DNA of 64,000 bases, taken from positions 1-64,000 of the forward strand of contig QPGO01000243.1 in assembly GCA_008632985.1 (NCBI GenBank), read 5' to 3'. This document shows, in pieces, positions 10,069-21,024 of this stretch. Numbering within the stretch: the stretch's first letter is position 1; the number at the start of each line of letters is the position of its first letter. The position numbers were made by a program, and so were the translations under genes. The notes beneath the pieces were generated by a model, which was not told where the DNA came from, ran no database searches, and saw only the letters and a program-made list of their open reading frames with translations. Source of the DNA: Psammoneis japonica. Its lineage: Eukaryota.

Positions 10069-12282
10069 ATGAAGAAATCCATCTCTCAACGAACTTCATC
10101 TAGGAAGAGGCAACCAACAGCAGAAGCTAGGTTGGGTGAAGAGAACAGAAAGGACCAAGCTAGAGCCCACAAGAAACGCGGTGACAGCCGTGGAAGAAAG
10201 CACCGGTTGGATCTCCCGTTGTCACCAGACAGTGACGATGCGGGCGCATTGTTGAAAACACCAAGCATTTTCTCTAATGCCAATGGACAAAAATCGGGAA
10301 AGAAATCCTCCTCTTCTAGGTCGAGAAGCTCAAAGTCATCATCGTCATCCAAGAAGACACCCGGGTCGCGTTCAGATTCCGGCAATGCATCTGTTGATTT
10401 GGAAGAGAGAGAGCACACCATCTATGATCTGGATGCTTCACATGTCACAGTTAGGTTGTGCTTGCACGATGAACGAAAAACAAGCAGTCCCAAGTTCACC
10501 ACCCCGTTTAACTTTCGCGATGGACCCAACAGAGGGCAGGATTTGGTGTCGATTGCATCACTCGGCACTGGCTCCACCACAGAAGAAGTCGAGTCAGAAT
10601 TGGACGCACTCCTTTCTGCCGAAGGAAAGAAACTGATGCCGCACAAGACTTCAAACTCGAAGCCATGCTGCAGAACTGACCCCCAGATGGCGGATCCTCC
10701 AGGCAAGTGCGGTTCAAGCCGTGTGACGCCCACAGTTGCAGAGGCGCATTGGATGCATGCTCTGACTCATGTGTCGCACAAGAATTATGACGACGAAGGA
10801 GACATGGCTGATGATGAGAGTCAGTCTGACCCTTCTAGTGTCACTCTAGACCTGATCTGTGTTGTTGGGAACATTCAAGACGGAACAAGCACGGGGCAAG
10901 TGTCCAGGAAAAGAGGAACACAAGACGAAGAGCTGTCATTGGCCTTGCACCTTTTGCCTCCCGCAACGAACAAGGATGGAACGCATGTTGTTGCAGACAA
11001 GAAAGACGCGCAGCATGTTGCCACTCTAGAACCATCGGCTGATGGTGGCAGGGTTCAATGGAGTCTCGTGTGCAGCACTGTGTTGCGCGCGGCTGTCGAG
11101 GATCAACGGCACAAGGACAAAGATGGGAACTCGCACGTGGGAAAGAAGTCGTCATTGTTGCTCATGGAGGATTTTTCAAAAGCTCAAGTGAAGCTTCTCA
11201 ACTCTGCTGAGCATTTGTTTTCGGAAGCTCACAGGCGTGTCAAGGCAAAAAGCAAACCGCCTGAGGCACGGGATCCAAAATGCGCCTTCCTTCGTCTGTC
11301 TGTTGGAAAGAAGAAGAAAACCGATGAGCCGTGGGATGATGATGAGGAACCATCCATTCCCAGCTCCCAGGATGACAGAGTTGCAGCACTGCTCTCTCCC
11401 GAGAAAGCAGTGAAACCCCGCACTGCAAGAGAAACGCGAGAATTCGACGCAGAGGCTCCTGGAGAAGTCATCAAATTCATGAAAAAGTTGGTCAGCACCG
11501 ACATTGATTGCAACCCTTTTTATCATGCTCTCACACTGGAACACTGGAAAGCATGTAGACGGCATTGGAGCAACAGGACATCCATCGACGGCGAACGGCA
11601 GTTGCACATTTTTGAGGCGCATGAGCTGGACCCTGAAAAGCCAGATGCATGGCCGAACATTGATCTCGTGGCTCCAGAGGTTCATCCTTCTATGACCGAA
11701 GATGATGGCAGGTGTGGCGGATCAATCCAAAGAGGTGCGCATGAGGTGCAAGGAAACGGGTTGCCCAAATCATGCCGCGAGGATCCGGACATGGCAAATG
11801 AAGCGGGAAGGAACAAAGCAATGGAACGGATGGCGGAAGGCCAAGTCGATGCAGCTGCAGCTGTCCTGGCCCTGGCTAAAGCAAAAAGTGGACATTTTTT
11901 GGCTCCGGATGAAATGTTTGTCCATGTGATCAACACGGAATCAGAATGCACCGTGGGCATTTCGGTTCCATTCTCAGCAACCAAAACTGTTTGCACCGAG
12001 ATCTGCGACAACAGGAGACTGACAGATGCAAATGTTCGCAGTTGGTCAAAGGAAATTGTGAGGTCTGTTCGCAGCAAAGAAAAGGTGGTGCAGATTCACC
12101 TTTGGAACTCTTTGACCAACACAAGCGTCCTTTCATGGTTGGTGGAAGAGCTGGGGACACTTGCAATTGCGGAGTTGTTTCGCGCGGCGCCAAAAGATGA
12201 AAACAACAAACCAAAAGAACCAATCATTCTACACTTGGTGGTGGAAGATGTGGGTGCACTGTCCGATGCTTCTGCACTCTAG
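10069..12282 (+). CDS. Transposon-borne ORF of unknown function (~737 aa from ATG 10069)
   Basis: Open frame 9955-12282; basic/Ser-rich N-terminus with NLS-like SRKR, GRKHR and internal GKKKK; only 3 Tyr in 775 aa; no domain recognised. Confidence 0.75.
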   Translation: MKKSISQRTSSRKRQPTAEARLGEENRKDQARAHKKRGDSRGRKHRLDLPLSPDSDDAGALLKTPSIFSNANGQKSGKKSSSSRSRSSKSSSSSKKTPGSRSDSGNASVDLEEREHTIYDLDASHVTVRLCLHDERKTSSPKFTTPFNFRDGPNRGQDLVSIASLGTGSTTEEVESELDALLSAEGKKLMPHKTSNSKPCCRTDPQMADPPGKCGSSRVTPTVAEAHWMHALTHVSHKNYDDEGDMADDESQSDPSSVTLDLICVVGNIQDGTSTGQVSRKRGTQDEELSLALHLLPPATNKDGTHVVADKKDAQHVATLEPSADGGRVQWSLVCSTVLRAAVEDQRHKDKDGNSHVGKKSSLLLMEDFSKAQVKLLNSAEHLFSEAHRRVKAKSKPPEARDPKCAFLRLSVGKKKKTDEPWDDDEEPSIPSSQDDRVAALLSPEKAVKPRTARETREFDAEAPGEVIKFMKKLVSTDIDCNPFYHALTLEHWKACRRHWSNRTSIDGERQLHIFEAHELDPEKPDAWPNIDLVAPEVHPSMTEDDGRCGGSIQRGAHEVQGNGLPKSCREDPDMANEAGRNKAMERMAEGQVDAAAAVLALAKAKSGHFLAPDEMFVHVINTESECTVGISVPFSATKTVCTEICDNRRLTDANVRSWSKEIVRSVRSKEKVVQIHLWNSLTNTSVLSWLVEELGTLAIAELFRAAPKDENNKPKEPIILHLVVEDVGALSDASAL

Positions 12283-12318
12283 CAGATGAAGCGTAGATGG
12301 GGCATTTCAAAACTTTGG

Positions 12319-13857
12319 TCATGACTGTTTGCACACTGCAAACAGATTGGTCATCGACCAGACGGACCATCCGATGCCTCCGTGCTCTGCCAGCAGACAA
12401 ACCACACATGGTGGCATTTTAAAACTGCAGTCATGGCTGCTTGCACACGCTCTAGATGGATTGGCCAGACGGAGTGCAACTGTGTGTTTTAGTCTAGTCC
12501 AACACAACACAGCTGCTCGAATGGCTGTGTTGAATCCTCCAACACAGCTGAGGAAGAATTCTTCCTCAGCATCCCCCATCTTCCTTTCCTGATTGTCATT
12601 GCACCCTGGCACCCCACACTTGCGAAAACAGTTCCTGGCTTTTCGTGGCGTCATCTCTTCCAATGCCAGCTCGTGCGCCATTGACCAATTCATGCCTTCT
12701 TCATAAGAAAAACGCTTCAGGCCGGACTTGCAAACAGAGAAGCAGCACTCAATTGGATTCAAATCAGGGCTGCAAGCTGCTGCACAAACCAGCTTGGCTC
12801 CAGCATCTTCAATCAGTTGTCGAACGCAGTCGGAGATGTGTGTCGATGCGTTGTCCATCAGCACCACAGACCGCGGCTCGCAAAGATGACACCTCCCTAG
12901 AACCGGCACCAAATCATTCTCAACGTGTCTCTCAAACCTTTCCATGTCCACAGTCCCACGTTCCGGGTCATTGTCATGAGGGCCACATTCACGTTCTGCC
13001 AGCGTGCACGCTTCGATCACAAAACCGTTCATGTCTGCAGCACCAATCACAGTGCACCTCTTGCGAAAATCTTCCTCAAAATGTGCATCAACTGCGGGTG
13101 GTTTGCCAAATTTTCCCCAGCCACGCAAACGCCTGGATGCATTGGCACTCTTTGCCGTCTCATCAACAAAGACAGCCATCTCTGGTTTTTCTGCGAACAA
13201 CTCCAGCCGTTGAAAGCACCTCTCCCGCTCGGCCTTGCATCTTTGTCTTGAACGAAAAACCATTTTTTGAAGAGAGCAGCCCAGTCGGTGCAATTGACGC
13301 CATGTGGCAGAGGGGTGCCATGTTGTGCCCCGGCGTCGTCTCATTGAAAGCTGCATTTCATCGAGATGGAGATGCGGCTTCTCTCTCACGATGTCAAGCA
13401 GCACTTCATCACCCACCTCTGAAAATGATGCAGCTCTTGTTGTCACTCCGCGACGCCTTTTCCAGCTGTTCATTCTACGGCGAGCAGCAGCTTTTGTCTC
13501 ACCATGCTGAAGGCAGTGGTGAAACCAGTCATAAAATGTCTTGTGCTTGATCCTCCGGCCAAACATCTGATCAACTTCTTCCCAAACAGATTTGAGAAGA
13601 CGGATTTTCCCACCATCCTTCTGTGCATGCTGCCACGCATTGTCCCCCAGTTTTTCCATTGCAGTCTCAACACACTCCTTCTGCAGTTTCTTGTCGTCGT
13701 GCGCCATGCCACCATGCCGTCTAGGTGCATTCGGCCTGTTGCACGTGCAACGCCGAACTCCGGGAGCAACCCAAACCCCATGTGTCATGTCCCATCTTTG
13801 TGCCTCTCCAAAATTGTTACCCTCCCCCACAGCAAACAACTCAGCCACTGTTGCCAT
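12319..13857 (-). CDS. IS630/Tc1-like DD34E transposase (hypermutated, frame still open)
   Basis: HTH-like region (PHLHLDEMQ...WRQLHRLG), catalytic VFVDET, VVLMDNASTH, CSPDLNPIE with 34 residues between second D and E. Likely start MATVAELF at 13857. Confidence 0.92.
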   Translation of the reverse strand: MATVAELFAVGEGNNFGEAQRWDMTHGVWVAPGVRRCTCNRPNAPRRHGGMAHDDKKLQKECVETAMEKLGDNAWQHAQKDGGKIRLLKSVWEEVDQMFGRRIKHKTFYDWFHHCLQHGETKAAARRRMNSWKRRRGVTTRAASFSEVGDEVLLDIVREKPHLHLDEMQLSMRRRRGTTWHPSATWRQLHRLGCSLQKMVFRSRQRCKAERERCFQRLELFAEKPEMAVFVDETAKSANASRRLRGWGKFGKPPAVDAHFEEDFRKRCTVIGAADMNGFVIEACTLAERECGPHDNDPERGTVDMERFERHVENDLVPVLGRCHLCEPRSVVLMDNASTHISDCVRQLIEDAGAKLVCAAACSPDLNPIECCFSVCKSGLKRFSYEEGMNWSMAHELALEEMTPRKARNCFRKCGVPGCNDNQERKMGDAEEEFFLSCVGGFNTAIRAAVLCWTRLKHTVALRLANPSRACASSHDCSFKMPPCVVCLLAEHGGIGWSVWSMTNLFAVCKQS

Positions 13858-13950
13858 GAGACATGGAAAGGTCATGACCACAATCAACACTCGACAAAGC
13901 CTGCACTTCAAGCAACGAGAAAAAGGCAAACATGCCGTTAGATTGGCGAT

Positions 13951-14510
13951 GATTTCACGACGCCGAGATCCCCGTTTTGAAAAATTCAAAGCAACGAATC
14001 TCTTTTAAACACAATAAAGAGACGTTCCGTGCCTTGGATAGCCCGGAGCGGATCCTCTTTGAAGCAACAACAATGAGCTCTAGCAACACAACACACAGCA
14101 GCACCAAAAATGAGCAATAAAACGATTTGTCGTGACGCCGAGACAGACGCATCCCAAGATCCAGCATGTGGGCAAGATGCAATTACAATAAAGCTGCGAT
14201 TCAGCGTTTCTCCGTACAAGGATGACGCTAAATCGAAAAAGCAATCGCGTTCTCGGGAACACCCAACGCGAAATTGCACGCAAAACGACTACGAGATTCA
14301 CTTTTCTCGACGAATTCATTACGGATTTTCACAAACAAAGCAATGCACATGTTCTTACAATGATTGCGGTTCCACCGATGCCTTGTTCGCCGCCGTTTGA
14401 GGCCAAAAGCGTCGTCAATTGCAAAACTCGGGATGTGCGGCTGCGGGAGGAGAGAAAAAAAGTTGTGGTTTTCGCCAACGCGCAATTCTGACGTTTCGCG
14501 CATTCTACAG
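13951..14510 (-). repeat. Right terminal inverted repeat (~560 bp)
   Basis: Reverse complement of 9398-9962. Confidence 0.93.
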
Positions 14511-15269
14511 CACCAAAAGCACAACTTGAGCACGAGCATTCATTTCGCAAGTGCATGAAAGAGCTCGCATCGTACATGCATGAAAAAAAACGTGCCGTCT
14601 GTCATGGTCTGCATCCCGGAAGCATGTGGGATTTGAATTTTGGAACATTGCGATTGTTGTGAGCGATGTCACGAATTTTTTACTTTCCAAAACCTCAAAA
14701 CCACCATGACGACCAAAGAAAGCAGCCATGACAATCTGTGGCTCACCCAGATCAAGCAAGGCATCCACAACAAGGTCGGAAGAGACAGCGTGCGGGGCGA
14801 AGACATCTGGGGGGGAACTTGCAGAGGGAGTGCAGTGCGCACCATTGCGTGGGATGAAATGCTTGTGTTCACAATCACACATTGCTGCATGTGCAAATCA
14901 GGTCACAGTTGTGGATGTGTGCAAAAGGACAGATCAACCAGCACACAGATTTGGTTGGATGTCTCGAAAACTGCAAATGCGATCGACCGACGATGTCGAC
15001 ACATGAGGTGTCAGCGCTGATCACATCCGGACAATCTGCTGTCACAATCAGATGCTCCAAATGACCTTTGGTTTGCAAACATGGTGCAAATGCTTTGGAC
15101 CATTGAGAGCTCCTTCAGAGAAACTCCAAATGGCAGAACAAAGTCCAATCTCGCAATTTTTGTTTTTCGTGAGATTCGCTCTGTTTTGCCTGCACTTGTT
15201 CTTTGAGCACAGTGCATTGTGCACACACACCACAGAAAGCAAAGAGACAAAAGTGAAGCTTTTGTCTCA

Positions 15270-17870
15270 TGCAACCAATGGCAAGTCTTCTGTCAAGCAG
15301 GAGACAATCACACCTGCACCGCTGGAGCCGATCTCCGAGCCAAATGTGCTCAAACCAAGCCAGCAGCACCTCAAGATGGTGCAGTGTTTTCACCCTGGAG
15401 ACAAGAAGAGCCACACCCACACAATCAATGTTGAGCACTGCAACAAGCAGGGAGTTCCCATGTGCATCAAATTCCTCAACAGTCAGACAGAGTGTCCAAC
15501 AGGAGCAGGCTGATGAGTTTCTTGCAGCGTGATGCTTGCGTTGTTGCGTGGAGATGCTCTCCAAGTTTTTGAGAATGAGGTGGCAAATGTTGGCTCCAAA
15601 CAGGACAAAGGAGCCTTCAGAAAATGTGAGCATCACCTCGCCAATCATGCATTCCCAAAGAATGCACTCCAAAATCAGAGGCAGTGTCTGCAACGTGAAG
15701 CCAGACTCTGTGAAGATTCGAGAAATCACTGTGTGGACCCAACAAGTGAACAAAGACTTCAAGTGCCACCCTCTCTTTGAGACAAACCAGAATCTGGATG
15801 ACAATGAGCTCAAAGACATCATTTGCAACCTTGCGCCTTGCTGCCAGCACAGCCAGTCCACTCTTCAAGGTTTCAATGTTCTCAACCACACTTTTGATGA
15901 GTTGGCGGAGCTTTTGGAGCATCTGGAGGTCACAGAGGGCACATTTGACCAGATCCATGTCAAGGGTGACACTGACAAAGCCAACAATTGATGAAGCCAT
16001 TGTAAAAGCACTGTCCATGATTCATCAAAAGACTGGCAAAGGAATGCAGCAAGACTGGCAACATTCAAATGGCGCACAGTTGCACAGGGTCTTGTTGCAA
16101 CACAAACAATGCCTCTAAAAAAGAAGAGTTGAACACCATGGTTGCTCAAGCAACTCACAAAACCCTCAATGCAAGTTCCCTGACAAAAGACAAGAGAAAT
16201 GCAAAGCCAAAGATTCAGGCTCTTGACACCCTCAGTCAGGGCAGAAACTGTCAATTTGAAATGATGACTCACAGTGATTCTGAGGAATGGCTGGCACCCA
16301 TCAAGGAATCATGTGCATCGCTGGCTGGAAAAGGCTGGAGTGATTCATGCTGGTGCAGCAGTCATTGCTCACATGAACACTTCCTTGGGGAAAGAGAAAA
16401 ATGAGCCTCTGCAAGTTGTTCTTTGCAGCGAAACATTGTCAAGCACAATTTTGCACAAATTCACATGGAAATTGAGAACCACAGAGAATGTGCCACCAAA
16501 ACTTATAAAAGCAAGGGAGGGTTTTTTACAATTGACAGCAAATGCAAAATGCAGCTCTCCTTGCCTGAATTTGACAAGCACAAGCTGATCAAGAAAGATG
16601 GCATGCATGGAGAGCACCCCTTCTTTTTCTTGTGGATGAGACATGATCATGGGGCATGACTTCCTGAGCAGTCTTTGAATTGTGCTCAACTTTGCAAATG
16701 AGGAAATTAAATGGGAAGATGCAACCGCACCAACAAAAAATGTTGGTGCATTTTTTGATGCCGAGGTCCTCAGGCTGGCTGACTGCCAATCACATTGAGG
16801 AATCTTGCGCCACAAATGGTCTCAATGACAGGGTCAACAGCATCCTTGATGCTGACTGTCATGCTGCTGAACTGCCTCCTGATGAGATTTGAAAACATTT
16901 TCAATGGCAACCCAGGTGTGTGGACAGCGAAGCCAATCAATCTTGCATTGAAGTTGGGTGCAGTCCTGCACCAGAAACCAGTTCCTGTTCCACAGGCCTT
17001 GAAGGCAACTGCTTGAAAGGAAGCCAGAAGACTCCGCAAGACAGAAGTCTTGAGAAGAACAAATCACTCTGAATGTGCAGCTCCAACCTTTGTCCAAATT
17101 GGAAACTGGCGCATGCTCTGCCCAACATTCAAGACATGCTTCAGAAGCCCAAGGGCTTCATGCATGCAACGTCACTTGATTTGAACATGGGACATTGTTG
17201 CATTGAGTGGACATCATGTGCACATTGTGTGTGTTGCATGACTGTGATGCTGCGGGGCAAGTGTGAGTGCTGCAGACATCCAGTGGGAATCGGCGGAGCT
17301 CCAGATGTTTTCCAAGAGCACACAAGCAAATGCACATTGACAACATGCCATGCCTGACAAAAGGTGACTTCAAAGATCACCTCCATCAGCTCAAAACAGC
17401 ACTCACATGGCTCAAACAAGCCAGTTTAAAGGTCAATGCCAAACAGCCCTTTTTTGCAAAGTCTGAAGTGGGCTCTCTGGGATTCCACATTTTAAAGGTG
17501 CTCAACCAACTCTCAAGAAAGTGGAGGCAATTAAATTGACCACAGCTCCTGGGACTCATGAGGGGAATTGCAGTGTTTCATTGGTGTGGTTGACTGCTGT
17601 CAAGACATGTGGCCTCCATGGTCTCACTTGCTTGCTCCTTTGGCCAAACTTTCCTCATGTGAGGTCAAGTGGCAATGGGTGAGCACAGAACAAAAAGCCT
17701 TCCAAAATGCAAAGCAAGCAATGTTGACAGATGTGTTGTTGTCACACCCAAATTTCAATGAACCCTTTGAGATGTGTGCAGATGCAAGCAGTTCTCAATT
17801 GGGTGTGGTTGTCTCACAGCACAACTGACCTGTTGCCTTCTGCAGAGCCGAGAGCCAAATGAAGCACAGA
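15270..17870 (+). mobile_element. Degenerate Ty3/gypsy LTR retrotransposon (gag, protease, RT, start of RNase H; no integrase seen)
   Basis: Gag-like LLRGDALQVFE and AFPKNALQNQR; RT ALPNIQDMLQK.KGFMHATSLDLNMGHC and HIDN at the YxDD position; RNase H FNEPFEMCADASSSQLGVVVSQ. Frameshifted. LTRs not identified. Confidence 0.85.
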
Positions 17871-18399
17871 TGCCACATGGCAAGCCGTGTGCAGAAACCC
17901 TTGACCACAGGCAGACTCAGCACTTTTAAAAATTGGCTCACTTTTTTGCAGTCTGTGACATTGGCATGACGTGGCAAAACATTCACCACTGCAACAAAAA
18001 AACAGAAGGCATTTGCAGCTTCTGCGATGATGTTCAGAGTCGATTGGAGTGGGTTGGTGTGGTGCTTTTGCTGCTGCCAATGGTTCACAACCATGCTGTC
18101 AGTTGGCAAGTGCAAAACCTTCTTGTTTCACCTTCTTCTCCTCTTTTTTGACACGTGTGTTTTTTTCTGCCTTTTGTGTTTGATCAGTGGGCAAGAATCA
18201 CCAACAGCAAACATGATGACAGTGTGGGAAGTTGACTGTCAATCCACAATGGCATTGTGGCCTTGAGTCTCTCAGTGAGGGTGTGCCAAACATCTTCCAC
18301 CAAAAAGTGGAAACACATGCACATGCAGACAAATGCAAAAAAAAGAACTTCACTGCAACACTCAACACCTCCAAATTAAATTCAATTCAATCTTAAATT

Positions 18400-20780
18400 T
18401 TACACAGCCCTTGCCAACTGCTGCCCATGCTGAGCTTTTGACAATGCCTGACATGCCGTTCAATCCACAACTGTGGACAGGGTCAGAGCGTGTGTGCAAT
18501 GCAAAACAAGTGCAACAATTCTGCATTTGCAGTTGCAGGCGGAAACACTGCACAGCCGACAGTCCCCAAGAATTCTCCATCAGTCTAGCAAACCATCTTG
18601 CTGCATGGTGGTTGGAAGTGGGATGGCTGCAATGTTGCCCGAACTCTTCTTCGATGCAACCATCCAAGATGCCATGAGTTTGCAGTGAGTTCTCCACCAA
18701 ATTGTTGACACACATGCGGTGTCTCCACATGTCCCATGCTGCATTCCACAGCTGGGCTGTCAAGCCGGAGACCCATCGCAGTCCAGTGTTGCGGCAGTCC
18801 AAATGCTTGCAGTGTTGCTCTTGGGCATGCACCCACTCAATCACCAGGATTCCTTGAGCAAATGAACTTTCTCCCACTGTCTGTTGTGCAGTGAAGGCTG
18901 CTGCCATGTGGCTGCATTCTGTCCTGGGTGGCACCTGGGGAGCATTGTCATGCCATGATGTCAACATGCTTGCGATTCCCACTTTTGTGTGAGGATGAGC
19001 AAATTGCTTGGTGAGCCATTCTTTGACACTGTCAAGTTTTTTGGTTTGCAACTCCTGGGCCCCAAAGGATCTGCATCTCAGTGCATGATCTGTGCCCGTC
19101 TCAGGTTCTTGGCATCGTGGACACACCTGGCCCTCAATTTGCCCCAGCAGTGCAGATTTTTTAGATGGAACAAAGCCGGTGGACCACTTGGATTGCCACA
19201 AGCGGCAGAAGGCAGGGCATTGTTGCACGGCATTGCCCAGTGCAGTCCAGTTGATTTCTGCATGTGTGGGCTCAGACCGCAGTTTCTTGGCCCAATGTTT
19301 GGCAGCTGGTGGTCCGCACATGTGGTGAAGTGGTGTTGATTTGTCCCACTGTGTCATGGGCTTGCCTGACAAAGTGATGCACCACATCTCACATGCCACG
19401 TCAAAGTGAGCAAAGGATGGCAAACCAGCTCATGCTTCCCAGTGCACTTTTGCCAGGAGATCCATTTCAACATTAAAAACTTCCAGGTGACTCAGCTGAC
19501 TGAGGTCCACTTTGTGGTCTTGTTGACCCTCTTTGTGCCTGAACGATGACAATTGGAATGTCCTGGATCATCCTTCTGATGGGGTGCATCAGGTCACAAT
19601 TGGTCTGAGTTGGGTTGTTGCAGTTGTTGTAAAAACAGGTGCAAAGCACGAGATCACAATCACACCTGAGAATTGTTTGTCCACAAGTGACACTGTGTTT
19701 CAGGCACAGTTGGGAGAGTTTTCAGAGCATTCTGCACATTCCTTCCAACTCTCCTCTGCAAGCACTCTGATTGCTCTCTCTTCCCCAAGTGTGGCTCACT
19801 CCAGGGCATTGGTGTGAGTCGCCTTCTGATGGCACCAGAGTGTCATTGCTGCTGTTGCAGTTGTTCCTTTGAACGATCCGTTGGTGATGCTCATGGTCGT
19901 TCCTGACAAGATTCCTGTGACCAACAGTGCATCCTCAAGTTGTCATTTGTGTGGCAGGTGGGGCCATTCAGCTGGAGGGTTCCTTGTCTCAATGTCAACT
20001 GGGGCGCATCCTGCGGTGGCAATTTTTGGTCCATGTTGCATCACCTTGGTTGGCATGGAATCTGGGCGACAGTTGCTTTCATGACCATTGAAATGACAGA
20101 GTTGTGAGCAGACCTCTGTCTGCTCTTTTGTCTTCCTGTGGATCCTTTCATCCTCCTTTGAGCAACACCATGGTGATGGTGGGTGCTGCTGCCACACGCC
20201 CAGCTTCCTTCGCAGCAGCAAGTGTTGGTTCCAGCCGGGTGACAGACAGCACATGGTTGGTGCCTCTTGTCAAAGCCTTCAGCATGAGGCAGAGGGGCAC
20301 CCTGCGTCTGGCCACTCAAAGTCCGTGCCGCATGGCTGTTCCCCACTCCAATGTTGTGGCAATGTGCTTGTTCTGTCGCCACTTGAGATGTTGGAGACAA
20401 GTGCTGTGTTGAGCCACATCCTGCACAGATTGATCTTGCGCAATCTTTTGCCTTTGCATCTAAAGTCGACAAACATGTTCATCAAGAAAGTGTCGCTCAT
20501 TCTGTTTTGTTGCGGAGTGAGGTGGGCAATTGCAAATCAACATTGCATCCCCAGCAAAAACTCCACAGGGACTTAATCCATGTTTTTGTCACCAGGATGC
20601 CAAATTTGTTGCAGTCAACCATGAAGAGCTGTTTCTGTGAGCCGGCCTCCAAAGTTGTCATCTCTCAAACAAGAAGCATTTCCTTCTCTGTCATGGAGGC
20701 AGAGTCAATCTGTTGAAGGAAGGTTTCCAATTTCAAGATGCCTTGCAAGACATGTGGCTTGGTGATGCCTGGCAGTGTTC
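18400..20780 (-). mobile_element. Degenerate non-LTR retrotransposon, 3' half (RNase H and CCHC knuckle; resembles diatom Ambal-type LINEs)
   Basis: LRKINLCRMWL, RNase H-like ITNGSFK, CPRCQEPETGTDHALRC, LRWVSGLTAQLWNAAWDMWRHR. Confidence 0.8.
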
Positions 20781-20900
20781 TCCATGAAATTGATGATGCC
20801 TTTGCAACTTTGGAAATTCACTCCTTTTCACACATGAACAAACAAAGACACTCTCAATTCCTCTGCGTTTGACCACATGCAAGGCATTTGTGGTGTGCAG

Positions 20901-21024
20901 CCCCCAGGCATGCAAAAAAAGGAACTGAAAGGGGCTTCAAGAAAGCTCGCCAACTTGCCAGGCCCCCGGGCATGCAAAAAAAGAAACTGAAAGGGGCTTC
21001 AAGAAAGCTTGCCAACTTGCCAGG
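20901..21024. repeat. 62-bp tandem duplication (2 copies)
   Basis: CCCCCAGGCATGCAAAAAAAGGAACTGAAAGGGGCTTCAAGAAAGCTCGCCAACTTGCCAGG repeated with three transitions. Confidence 0.85.

Larger units (their letters stand above)
9398..14510. mobile_element. IS630/Tc1-mariner superfamily DNA transposon, 5113 bp, long TIRs, two convergent ORFs
   Basis: Ends CTGTAGAGTGCGCGAAACGT... and ...ACGTTTCGCGCATTCTACAG; both flanked by CA; internal DD34E transposase. Confidence 0.92.

Noticed and set aside
12319..13989. Alternative genetic code (TGY/CAY read as Tyr) or RNA editing in TE genes
   Set aside because: The same changes hit non-coding TIRs, an intron and a splice donor, and host genes use normal Tyr codons.
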